DNA of 64,000 bases, taken from NCBI RefSeq assembly GCF_002571385.2, contig NW_019217845.1, positions 289,452 to 353,451 of the forward strand, read 5' to 3'. The notes under the pieces are model-generated. The model was not told where the DNA came from and searched no databases. It saw nothing but the letters and a program-made list of their open reading frames with translations. A program made the position numbers and the translations under genes. Source of the DNA: Stylophora pistillata. Lineage: Eukaryota. Below, one piece after another: positions 12,301 to 21,855 of the stretch. Each line of letters opens with the position of its first letter. Within the stretch, counting starts at the first letter, position 1.

Positions 12301-15135
12301 GTCGGCCTGGGGAGAGCCATTCAGAGACGAGTTCAAACCCAATTTGATACATCAAGGTGAGAATACTGAAGACGTGATTTTTCTACGACATAGGGTCAGT
12401 TGGTTTCATGGACGTAAGGTTTGACACCAAAAGCAACTTTCTTTTTTCATCAGGGAGAGGTATTCTAAGTATGGCAAATTCAGGACAGCATACAAATAAA
12501 TCCCAGTTGTAAGTATCGCTCTTTGAGAAACCTTCTACCTTTTTTTTTCTTGTCAGGAAATCTTGAAACACTGACCAGAAAGCTCGCAACCTATTTGTCA
12601 ATATACCATACATATATTGTCGGATAGTGGGCTCGAACCTAAGTTGAGTTTGCTTGACACTGCACGTGAGTGCAGTGGTACTTGTCGCTTTGAGTGTCTT
12701 TTTTCATAGAGAAGGTGCGAGAGAATAAAACGAAACGGTTGTGTTTATCGAAAGAAAACCTGAGATTGTGACTTCGGAATACTAAACTTCTACTGCCACG
12801 GAGGCATTCCCGGTACTGTTGAAAAAGAACTTTTTAAAAAATGAGAAAACTCATATTCTGATTTGTTTTTCCCAGCCTAGCTTACTTCCTACGTTCATTC
12901 AAAAATTCCTCTATACAAAAGTCTTTTCTTCTTCCTTGTAGCTTTATTACATATCGCTCCTGTCGTCATTTGGATGAAAAACATTCCGTGTTCGGCAGGT
13001 AATTATATCACTGTTTCTTTATCCTGCTGTGGTTGTTTTTGTCGTGTGTGTGTGTGTGTGTTTTTTTTCCATCCGAGGTTAATATCTCGGGGAACTAAGG
13101 ACTTTGATGTTTTATACCATGGTAGACATCCAATTGCGTTCTGAGGTAGCTATTGATTTATTGTTATTTTTTCTGCCTTTAGATTGGTTGGTGGGCTCGA
13201 AACATTAAGCGCTTTGGAAAGAGTTGAAACTGATGAGAAAGATCGACCCAAGGTATCAGTATGTAAAAGAATCAACTAACATTCAAAGAAGTTTAGTCCA
13301 TGACTGAATGTTAAACACGGTTGCTGACTGCTGAACGACGTTACTTGGCTTGGCCTCGCCTCATATAGCATCAATATTTTGACAACTAGTTTATGTGTTT
13401 CGTTTCTCACCCTTACATAATGTAGTCTTGCATCAGGAAGCACACCTTATGTTTCATACCCTGTATGTTTTAGGAAGTGATCAAACTTATCAAGGCCACG
13501 GTGTTTGTGAATCCTTTCGAAGAAGTGGATGCAGTGGTCAGTGGCATTCTTGCGCTTTTTTGAAGAAAATCCTAACATCTAAAACAAAATAATCACAACA
13601 GCCATCCAGTGTTTTCCCTTATTTTATGCACGAAAAAGGTAAAAGAGATTTTAAACCGTTAGAGCTATCCTTTTACCTGTTCAGTGTCCGATTTTAGACA
13701 TTTGTGTCCGATTTTGGACACTAGTGTCCGCTTTCGAACGCCAGTGTTCGATTTTAGACACAAGTATGTGATTTTGGACACTGGTGTTCGATTTTAGACA
13801 CAAGTATGTGATTTTGGACACTAGTGTCCGATTTTAGACACCAGTGTCTCGATTTTGTACACTAGTGTCTGATTGTAGACACTAGTGTTCAGAACAAAGG
13901 GAAATATTACAGAGAGGGATGATGGCTCAAATCACGATTGGCTTTAGTTTTTTATTTGACTGGTCGGGAAAATGCTTTGAAGTTCTTAGACCAATCACAG
14001 GAGGTTAAGTAAACCAAGGTTATCCGGGATTTCGGAAATCGTGTTTATATTATTTTCAGCTTCAAAAAGAGCGAGAGAAAAAGGAAGAAGAAGAAAAACA
14101 ACAGGTAAATTTGGAAAGTGTTTTGTTCCCAACAAGTCCTGGTTTGGTTTATACAGTTTATAATCTCTTGGTCCATGTTGTTTCCAAGTTTTTTTTGTCC
14201 TATCAAAAAAATCGAATGAACGCAGGTATAACTTCAAGCTTAAGTAGAACACTTGGATTTGATTGTTAATTCTCCCCACTAGCATATCTCTTTGTAAAAG
14301 TTATGAGAATTTCGTGTTGGATCACGTTGACAATTTTCACCTGATAAGTTTGAGTATTCTCATTACCTGTTTACTGGATAATGTATGGACATTATAGGGA
14401 GAAGTTACATTTTCATCACTTCTGGGAGTTAAATGGTTAATGTCAACAGCTGATTAAGGATGAAGGTTTCCCAGGTTTGTGCTACAACGAGCGGTAGATG
14501 CTTGTTTGGTAGTCAAACAACTATTGATGATAACAATGGTAACGAAATTAAACACCTGAATAGTGGATTGGAAAATGAACTTTGTTTAGTGATCACTGTA
14601 CAGTTCGTCTACAATTTGTTACTCGAAGCAGATCATAGGAACTATCCTTCTTTTTTTCATGCGTTTAGGAAGAAGCCGCCCGCAAAAAAGAAGCAGCTGC
14701 CACGCCAGCAGAAGCACCGAAGGTTTACCGGTCTGGAGTGGGGAAATATATTAAACAGAAAACAGCCTCAAGGTATGATACGATATATTCGTTTAAAATT
14801 TTGTTCAAAATTAGCTGGTGAGCTTGAGATGTTGTTGAAAAGTAATCATACGTTTAAAACTCAAAATACTCCCATCGAAATGCAAGATTGCGGCTTCTAG
14901 GTTTAGAAAGGAATTAGGAAAGACAATTCTTTGTCTACTTTCGAGAGTATCCAGTATTTCTGGAAGTTGCTTCAGCCTTTATGTTTCTTGCGAGAGACAC
15001 TACCATCGCAGTTCTTTTTATTCAATATTTTTGCCCAATTTTTTCAGGGATGCTGATACCGCTGACCTCACCCCGCAACAATCAAAGAAGAAAATTAAAG
15101 TATCTGGGGGATTCAAAGATTTCAGCTCGTGGTAA
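353..15135 (+). CDS. PPIL2: RING-type/U-box E3 ligase peptidyl-prolyl isomerase-like 2 (Cyp60); 5'-partial, multi-exon, one internal exon missing
   Basis: Hand-spliced GT-AG exons: 353-401, 5483-5545, 5867-5918, 6574-6625, 6716-6807, 7750-7839, [missing exon], 9600-9700, 9835-9885, 10124-10199, 10793-10840, 11277-11335, 11518-11578, 11876-11904, 12066-12099, 12294-12356, 12454-12508, 12942-12998, 13183-13252, 13474-13536, 14060-14104, 14669-14772, 15048-15135 (TAA). Peptides FRRLPFYCCSLSMQPF, NIVPYLKKYGKNPVTGE, YHCPVTFKVF, AHYSTGAVASSFTST, FHRSIKNFMIQGGDPTGTG, LSMANSG, GVGKYI and GFKDFSSW* match the PPIL2 U-box, cyclophilin domain and C-terminus. Exon phases are consistent except at 7839/9600. 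Confidence 0.95.
526..695. mobile_element. small MITE with CAGGG termini (hAT-like)
   Basis: Imperfect 16-bp TIR CAGGGCTcaACACTAA ... TTAGTGTccAGCCCTG. No clean TSD. Confidence 0.5.
830..895 (+). repeat. 66-bp perfect direct repeat, copy 1 (copy 2 at 5194-5259)
   Basis: ctaagctaatggatg...aagttatgaaatggt is identical at both sites. Confidence 0.95.
896..1105 (+). mobile_element. SINE body lacking its tRNA head (same family as 7924-8190)
   Basis: Aligns to the 7990-8190 copy (gtcttaaaataa...ctcggata...agggttaggggtaggagacgttaatttcccacgcac...). Confidence 0.8.
1605..1812. mobile_element. ~200-bp TTAA-ended MITE (piggyBac-like); related copies near 7161-7356, 24971-25166 and 27524-27755
   Basis: Ends resemble ttaaccct...agggttaa. 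Shared internal motifs (aatatcacccctgaatc, ggaaatgatca, aaattctc) recur across the window. Confidence 0.6.
1850..3101 (-). CDS. First three coding exons of an unidentified gene with an acidic N-terminus, antisense inside a PPIL2 intron; 3' part not found
   Basis: Exons 3101-3039 (gccATGG start, MADAGVLDPSDSQTTPRIGEK|gta), 2925-2868 and 2124-1850. All have GT-AG boundaries and compatible phases (0,1,0), giving an open D/E/S-rich peptide. Confidence 0.75.
3390..3425 (+). ncRNA. minimal type I hammerhead ribozyme motif (Penelope-like-element type)
   Basis: ggct-CTGACGA-a-gggc(taac)gctc-GAAA-cg-TC-agct. Contains the CUGANGA and GAAA cores, stem II, a minimal palindromic stem III (ACGT), a GUC cleavage triplet and stem I ggct/agct. 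Confidence 0.75.
3740..4340 (+). mobile_element. degenerate non-LTR retrotransposon 3' end
   Basis: ILGVTFQENCRFSIHI...ANKCLYILRTLRR...LFSALVLPK resembles the post-RT C-terminal region. Frameshifted; ends in an aataaa/(tatt)n tail. Confidence 0.75.
4531..5045 (+). mobile_element. degenerate CR1/L2-group LINE 3' end
   Basis: The frame from 4531 reads LEW...ILMYKTLHGMTPDYL...YRLRN...LPQPRTDYLKRSFLYSGAQLWNNLP...FKSKL*, with two in-frame stops, then a 3' UTR. Confidence 0.8.
5048..5162. repeat. 115-nt palindromic (hairpin) element with GCGAAGC apex
   Basis: 56-position stem symmetric about 5105, with no bulges. Three tandem GA/AG mismatches. Confidence 0.9.
5194..5259 (+). repeat. 66-bp perfect direct repeat, copy 2
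   Basis: Identical to 830-895. Confidence 0.95.
6830..7160. other. assembly gap
   Basis: N run. Confidence 1.
7871..7920 (+). repeat. 10-bp tandem repeat (TAAGAACTGC)x5
   Basis: Directly visible; abuts the SINE head. Confidence 0.95.
7924..8190 (+). mobile_element. tRNA-derived SINE
   Basis: Head has an A-box (TAGCTCAATGG) and a B-box-like GGTCCAAGCCC. The body recurs at 896-1105, 8193-8375 (inverted) and 9171-9295. Confidence 0.8.
8193..8375 (-). mobile_element. inverted SINE body copy forming a ~180-bp inverted repeat with 7994-8176
   Basis: Near-identical reverse complement, with a 16-nt spacer at 8177-8192. Confidence 0.9.
8376..8777 (-). pseudogene. 3'-truncated LicD/fukutin-family nucleotidyltransferase-fold membrane protein fragment
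   Basis: N-terminal TM helix followed by HWLMYGSVFGALRVQGPLPWDYDVDIG (LicD GS-x-GA-x-R...PWDxDxD motif). Preceded by a splice acceptor at 8787-8788; the ORF runs into SINE sequence at ~8375. Confidence 0.8.
9171..9295 (+). mobile_element. partial SINE body copy
   Basis: Near-identical to 8071-8190. Confidence 0.85.
13683..13890. repeat. 20-bp minisatellite (~10 copies, consensus CTAGTGTCCGATTTTAGACA) in a PPIL2 intron
   Basis: Period of 20 is visible; units are internally palindromic. Confidence 0.9.
14266..14440. mobile_element. TTAA-ended MITE, second family; related copies near 28449-28667 and 45014-45230
   Basis: Shared core gagaattt(g/c)gtgtt(a/g)gatca...ctggataatgta...ggagaagttacat...atcacttctgggagttaaa(t/g)ggttaa. 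Confidence 0.6.
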
Positions 15136-15192
15136 CACAAGGATGGCAGGTAATTCCGGTAAAGACATTCCACTCGTTCGTCCGTAAATTAA

Positions 15193-15973
15193 GGTGGCTG
15201 AACACAGTTTTCGCGCGCGCTTTTGCTGATGCAATTCAGCGCGCGCACAAGGATTGGAAAAAACAAACATGCCGTCAATAGAGCAGTCATTTTATTTACT
15301 CAAAACGTACCCGCACTATCTGTGCTATTTTTCTCTATAGTTGGCGCAGTGTATCGAGGGCTTTGATCTTTATTACAAAGATATGTTAGAAAAGTTAACG
15401 ATGCAAAGAACCCAGCAATTCTCAGCTTTTTCGTTATTACTGAAAGAACCCAGTTAAATGCAGCGCATGCGTAGTAAGTAAAAAAATTGCGACTAAATGG
15501 AAAATTGCTTTCTCGAAAATATGCTTATTTCTTGAGAACCACTCTTTAGAATTTCACGAAATTTGGCACGAAAATACTTTAGGAAATAAGTAACTGGAGT
15601 ATTGAAAAAATTTGATTTTAAACGAAGGAAATTCTAGAAAATCGAGTGAACCTTCAACAAGGGATAATTGAAGATCTCTTTGTTAAATTGTAAGCAAAAT
15701 GGTGTTAACTTGTGAGTATCGTTACAAGCTTGTTGCATGCAAGTTATAAAGAAAATCTAATGACTAGATTTTCTCCAAATAAACAAAACCGATTTTAATT
15801 GCCTGTTTATATCTATTCCCGTCGCCATGGCGACGGGACATACGTCAGCTGAACTATCAAAAAAAACAAAGTTTGTGTTGTTAACTTGCTGCCAGTTTTG
15901 GTGACCGAGAGATCAAGGGTTTTAGAGAAAATGGTGAAAGAAACAAATGTATCAAAAACTGTGTTCAGCCACC
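15193..15973 (+). mobile_element. 781-bp non-autonomous DNA transposon (Kolobok-like), copy 1
   Basis: TTAA|GGTGGCTGAACACAGTTTT ... AAAACTGTGTTCAGCCACC|TTAA: perfect 19-bp TIR and TTAA TSD. RR...YY termini with TTAA fit Kolobok better than piggyBac. Confidence 0.8.
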
Positions 15974-18196
15974 TTAAAAGAAGTACATTTGCTTTCCTGC
16001 TGCTAGTGGAAAGTCGGGGAGTCAGGTTTTTGCAGTCTTTTGCTATCAAACCTTGCAAGACTGGGAGCCATGGAACATAAACCGGAAGTGAAGCTTACCA
16101 CGTCCATCAGGGTGGTTACTTTGAGAGAGAGCTGTTCAACGGCAAAAAATCTTAACCAGCCAAATTTAATTACAAGTTATGGGTGGTTTGACGGTCTATA
16201 TCCTCAAAGAAATTTTAGTGGCTTCTTTTGATAGGATGTGTGAACCAGCCTCAAAATAAACTGCTGTTTACGTCTGTTCGCTTTGTACAACTGTAAAACA
16301 GTATTTTTTCTTTAAATCTTGCCAATTTGATGATTAACTTTTGTCAGTTGTGAATACTCAAGCTGTACAAAGCTATATGTAATAGTGCTCTTACTGTACA
16401 ACTTGTGATTATTACTTAAGTACTATCAATTTTTTGTTACATGCTATGACAAGTATTCCATTCAGATTCATCTCCCAAGTCGTGCCAGGTCAATAGCTAA
16501 CTGGCCATCGTTCAAAAGATCTTGCAAAAAGTAATCGTATGTCTCCATAAGTTGGATGTTTTTTTTTTTTTAGTTTTTTTCGTTTGGCCTGCATGCTAAG
16601 AAAGCAGCCTTCGGGAAAGGTGATCGGTTGCGGTCCCTATTGCTGATTATTTCCTCCCAATCCTTTATTCATCTCTTCACGTATAATTTAATTCGAAGCG
16701 GAGAAGTCGATTTCAGGCGAAGATTTATTTTTAAACACTTTTGAGATTATTTTTCGGTTGAAAAGGCGCGATGGTTCGTGAAATGCTCTCTAGACGCGTC
16801 TTAAACGCAGTATATACTCAGACATCACGCGCGCAAGATTTGAGTCTCCCCAACACCCACCATGCTGTTTTTCAATACTGTAAGTCAGTCACCCGAAAGC
16901 TTATCTTAGACTTATATTTTTAAAATAAAAAACCTTAACAAGATGTCAATGAAAAGTTGACTATTTATAAGCGTTCTGTGTTCAAGTCAGCTAGAGGAAT
17001 ATCGTTATTTCACCTCATTTTACATTTCGTGATCAAGCGGCCAACTTCACAGTGACGTGTGTCACGTCCTCTAAGCCACAAAATGTAAATTTCGCAGAAC
17101 GTGGAATTGATTTAATTTATCTCGTGACTGAAACTGAATTTATTTACACAAAACCGTGTAGTTTATAACTTCATTTTTTTCAGTGAAGCGTGTCAGATTT
17201 AAAAGGATTGTGAGAGATGATTGCAGTAAAACTCTTCGAGAAATAAAAATAGCGTGCACTGAATCACGTATTTACAACAGTGCAAAAAAGAAACAAAACA
17301 AAACGCTGGTTGATGAAGACATTGAATCCTTTCTACTTTAGTTCCTTCGAATGTTACTGTTTTAACATTAAAAAAATTCTTTAAGAATGAGGAAAAGCGT
17401 AATCCAAATTAAATTGTGTGACTTTTTCAGGCCAGGAATACTATGATCACTGTTGCGTGTATAAGGAACTTTTTTTTAAGGGGATTCATGTTTTGAATCA
17501 CTCTAAAAGTCACGCTACTGTCACAACGGGAAATGTCACGTAGACACCAGATATTTTCGTACAATTTTTTTTCGTTAACTTTCATGTCAAACGTATTTTT
17601 AATTGACCCTTTTTTAAAAGTATGGGTTAAAATCAAGGAAATTAATCGAATATGATTCATCCTTTGGTGAAATAAACGCAAATGCGTTTTCGTGATTAAA
17701 AAATCGTGTCGGTTTCGTGATAAACCCGCGGAAAACATCTCAGTTTTGAAGGGGTTGCTTTAGTATGCAAATTACTCGTTTACTTTAAATGTATGGCTCT
17801 GAGGAATAAAAGTTTCAGATTACCTCACGCATGAACGAGTCAACCTCGTTCGACTTCTGGGCATCAACTTCCGAAGAAACCATGGAACAGTTGACGGTAA
17901 AATACCACATTTTTTGTTGCTTTATATCCAGGAAATCGTTGTATAAAACGGTGTTTATTCGAATTGCGAGCTGAATACTCGGATTTTTCCTCCAACTTTG
18001 AGTTAACCTTGCAATCGCAAATTCGGCTCGAAATTATTCTGAATTTTTCCCTCGGAAATTACTCGGAAATTGTTAAACCTTTGTAATGAATATGACTTCC
18101 TGGTTAATCTGGTTCTCAATTTTTCTCTTAAAAGAAGTTGTCGTTTTGCTGTTTTGAAAATATTTCTCGTTCACTACTAAATTTCATATGTATTTA

Positions 18197-18964
18197 GGTG
18201 GCTGACACAGTTTTTGATACCTGTGTTTCTTTCACCATTTTCTCTAACACCCGTGATCTCTCGGTCGCCAAAACTGGCAGCAAGCAAGTTAACATCCCCA
18301 ATTTTTTTTCGATAGTTAAGCTGACGTATGTGCCGTTGCCATGGTGACATGAATAAATATGAACAGGCCTTTAAAATCGGTTTTGTGTATTTGTAGAAAA
18401 TCTAGTATTTAGATTTTCTTTATAATTTGTATGTAACGATACTCACAAGTTAACACCATTTTGCTGACAATTTAGCTGAGAGATCTTTAATTATCCCTTG
18501 TTGAAGGTTCACTCGATTATCTAGAATTTCCTTCGTTAAAAATTAATTTTTTTCAATACTCCAGTTACTTATTTCTTAAAGTATTTTCGTGCCAAATTTT
18601 GTGGAATTCCAATGAGTGGTTCTCAAGAAATAGGCATATTTCCGAGAAAGCAATTTTCCATTCAATCGCAATTTTTTGACTTAGTACGCATGCGCTGCAT
18701 TTAACAAGGTTCTTTCGGTAACGACGAAAAAGCTGAGAATTGCTGGGTTCTTTGCACAGTTAACTTTTCTTACATGTCTTTGTAATAAAAGATTAAAGCC
18801 CTCAATACACTGCGCCAACTGGAGAAAAGTAGCACAAATAGTGCGAATACGTTTTGAGTAAATAAAGTGATCGCTCTATTGATAGCTCGTTTGTTTTTTG
18901 AAATCCTTGTGCGCGCGCTGAATTGCATCAGCAAAACCGCGCGCGAAAACTGTGTTCAGCCACC
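18197..18964 (-). mobile_element. Kolobok-like MITE, copy 2 (inverted relative to copy 1)
   Basis: Full-length, diverged reverse complement of 15193-15973; ends GCCACC|TTAA. Confidence 0.8.
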
Positions 18965-19141
18965 TTAAATCAGAGTAGTTGAACATAATTGTCACAGAAT
19001 AAAAGAATGTAGTTAGAAGAAAACCAAAATAATTAAATCTGAACCCCTCATTCTATATATTAAAGTGACATAGGAACCCGAAATTGAAACCGTGTTTCAA
19101 AAATTAATGACAAATTTATCTTGTATTGGCATTTCTCTCAG

Positions 19142-19966
19142 CTCCCGACGATAGTTTCTCTCAATGTTGGCGGACATTTCTTCACCACTCGCCTTTCCAC
19201 GCTTTTGAAGGACGAAGGTTCCATGTTAGCTGCCATGTTCAGTGGGCGATACAAAGTTGAAATGGACAAAGAGGGAAGATATTTTATTGATCGTGACGGA
19301 AGATACTTTGGATATATCTTAAATTACTTACGTGACGCGTCACTTCCAAAACCATGCGTTGCGTTACAAGTGTACCGCGAAGCGGATTATTTCCAGTTAG
19401 AGCAACTTGTTCGTGAGCTTGAATGTTATCCATCACTTATCCCACATATTGTTATAAAAGAACAGAAAAGAGACTTAGCAGAAAGTTATCACCATTGGAA
19501 ACGCGTCCTTTTAGAAACTACACAACGAAAATTTCACAAATTTGTCAAATTCGCCGTTGGTCGTGATTGCGTGATAACTGTCACGCGATACGCTTCTAAA
19601 AAGGATTGCAGTCGTAGTGAAGGTGTCTGCAGAAGTTTTATCTCCCTTAGTGACGATACGAAAAATTATCAAAGTCATCAGTTCTTCAGCGTTAACGACA
19701 CTGGAGAGAAATTAGAGTATTACATTGGTTCCCATCTTCCAGCGGTTGATTTTATTGTCCCCAATGAAGAGATATCAGATTGTCATCAGTTTACGTCATT
19801 GGTAGAAAAAGATCTGCGCCTGGAAGGGTTCTGTGTCAGCGGAAGTTTATCGCATGCGTGGAAGTGTGTTCTGTGTGATATGACAGGAACTCTTCACCAA
19901 TTAGCTTTCAAGTGGGTTCTTCCATATCCGAACACGGACAGCGAGAAAATAATGAAACAGTTTTAA
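19142..19966 (+). CDS. BTB/POZ (T1-type) domain protein, KCTD7/KCTD14-like; main coding exon
   Basis: Acceptor ctcag|19142. IVSLNVGGHFFTTRLSTL...SMLAAMFSGR...GRYFIDRDG...ILNYLR...VYREADYF is a KCTD BTB domain, and the C-terminus resembles KCTD7/14. Start exon is uncertain: phase-0 candidates are 17882-17896 (MEQLT|gt) and 16862-16879 (MLFFNT|gtaagt). Confidence 0.88.
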   Translation, partial: LPTIVSLNVGGHFFTTRLSTLLKDEGSMLAAMFSGRYKVEMDKEGRYFIDRDGRYFGYILNYLRDASLPKPCVALQVYREADYFQLEQLVRELECYPSLIPHIVIKEQKRDLAESYHHWKRVLLETTQRKFHKFVKFAVGRDCVITVTRYASKKDCSRSEGVCRSFISLSDDTKNYQSHQFFSVNDTGEKLEYYIGSHLPAVDFIVPNEEISDCHQFTSLVEKDLRLEGFCVSGSLSHAWKCVLCDMTGTLHQLAFKWVLPYPNTDSEKIMKQF

Positions 19967-20468
19967 AGAATATTTTTCAATAATGACTTTAAGGAGCAAC
20001 ATTTTAAGTTATGCAAACAAGGACATCTTCAGAACGCTAAACCATTTTATTTTGCTTGATTCCGTTAAAGAACTAAGTGTGGAAAACTTTGAAGGATTTT
20101 AATCCTTAAAGCTTATATGCATAAGTTTGCTAGCTGGTTCCAATTGTAATTTTCAGTGCCACGGAAAATGTAAGCACTAATTTTTTAGGCCTGATTTCCA
20201 CCTCTCGATTTCTACCTCAATAACAGAAGCAGTTTGACTATCTTGCTACTTAGCTATCTCTTTTGAGATCAATCTCGTTTTCAGAGCCTGGGTTCCATTT
20301 TCCAGCGGGGTAAAAAAAACGAGGACTCTGGCAATATTATCGTTTTGAAATAAGCTAAAAAAATCTCCAGCTCAAACCAGAAAAAAGAAAAAAACAAAAA
20401 CAACCAGCACGATGTCACTCCTCGCTGCGGTAGTCTGACAGGCTCAAACTTGCCCAATCGGTTACCCA

Positions 20469-20477
20469 ACCGGAAGT
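20469..20477 (+). promoter_or_regulatory. ETS-type motif ACCGGAAGT in the putative promoter of the YqaJ-like gene
   Basis: Motif match with a nearby CCAAT (20455). A candidate 5'-UTR intron follows at 20508-20597. Confidence 0.35.
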
Positions 20478-20715
20478 AAAAGCTACATTTCTCCAAGTAG
20501 GGGTCGGGTGAGTGGAAGGATAAGAAGTAAATATTCTAAATCTTTGAAATGGTCTCTAATATAAAGCGAAACAAAATTCAGTAACTTGTGCTTGCAGGTT
20601 TTTAATATGCTATCTTGGTTCAAAGATTTATTGCTTTGATTTCCCAAGTTTCGCCTTACCTTACCCCTCCCCTGGAAGTGAAACATTTTGTTGCGCGAAA
20701 GCGCGATATATAAAC

Positions 20716-21855
20716 ATGATAATTTTCCGAAGCCGACACAAACGTCGAAACAGCAATATGGCAAGCGTAGGGAGCGTCTGTTCTCGACGGAAACTCGTAA
20801 TTTTTGCAAGCGAATTAGCCAGTGCCATTGGACGGCATAGATATCAATCCAGAGAAGAAACATTTCAGCGAGTTTGGCTTCGATCGCATCAGCAATCATT
20901 CGTTTTCGCGTTTGCTTTGAGGTTCCAAAGAGACGTTCGTCCGATCCTGGCAGGTTCAGAGGAATTGTTGATTCAGTTTCCATCTTTGGAAAAAGAAGAC
21001 GACATCGTCGATTTCGCTACCGTTGTAAGAAAGGTGATCTGTGACATGTCTTTCAGAAGATTGTATGGGCAGATTCTGAATTTTTTGAGAGAAAAGTTGT
21101 TGAAAAACAACAAAGAAGAACAAATCCTCGTGTCAGCAAAAGTGATCGAAGAAGTTCGAACTGAGGTGAAGACACTTTGTGAGAACGAAGAAAAACTCGT
21201 GGAATCTGCTGTGAAAGAAATTTGTGAGAAACAAGGACTCAACACGAAAGAAGTTGTCAAAGCAGTGGAGTCCAGAATTACTAAGGATCGCGGAACAATA
21301 TTAGAAGGCAGAGCTGTGCAAGAGTTTGAGAAAGCGAAAGGGATCGAAATCGAACGTCCGGTCGCACCCCATCTGTTCTACAGGGATATGGAGTACAACG
21401 GAGTACAGTGGAGTGTATGTGGTAAAGTGGATGCCGAGACAGAAGATAGCGTTATTGAAGTTAAAAACAGAAGAAACCGATTTATGTGCCCAGAGTATGA
21501 TTATATACAGCTCCAAACATACTTATTCATAAGGAGTAAGTCCAAGGGTGTCTTGCTGGAGAGATTGAAAGGTGAAAACAAAGAAACCTGTTTTGAATTT
21601 GATGATGAGCTCTGGGAAGAAGTGACCAATGACTTAGCTGAGTTTGTTGCTGAACTGTCAGATGCCATGAGCATGAGTAAAGAGGCATTGTATGGGTATT
21701 CATCACCAAGGAAACGAGGTCATGTTCAAGTGGGAGAAGCTATCGAAAAAGTTGGTAGGCAGGCAACAGATGAAGCGCAAGTGAAGAAGATTGCTGTGGA
21801 AAGAGTGGAAGAAGCTACCAATGTTACTGAGATACAGGATAATAATAATAATTAG
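20716..21855 (+). CDS. intronless YqaJ/lambda-exonuclease-like PD-(D/E)XK nuclease
   Basis: 379-aa ORF (the ATG at 20758 has better Kozak context). Motifs in order: IFASELASAIG, RGTILEGRAVQEFE, CGKVD (motif II), IEVKNR (motif III ExK), YIQLQTYL (QxxxY). Confidence 0.8.
   Translation: MIIFRSRHKRRNSNMASVGSVCSRRKLVIFASELASAIGRHRYQSREETFQRVWLRSHQQSFVFAFALRFQRDVRPILAGSEELLIQFPSLEKEDDIVDFATVVRKVICDMSFRRLYGQILNFLREKLLKNNKEEQILVSAKVIEEVRTEVKTLCENEEKLVESAVKEICEKQGLNTKEVVKAVESRITKDRGTILEGRAVQEFEKAKGIEIERPVAPHLFYRDMEYNGVQWSVCGKVDAETEDSVIEVKNRRNRFMCPEYDYIQLQTYLFIRSKSKGVLLERLKGENKETCFEFDDELWEEVTNDLAEFVAELSDAMSMSKEALYGYSSPRKRGHVQVGEAIEKVGRQATDEAQVKKIAVERVEEATNVTEIQDNNNN

Noticed and set aside
20483-20983. 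166-aa minus-strand ORF
   Set aside because: Overlaps the YqaJ-like CDS in antisense and has no recognisable motif.
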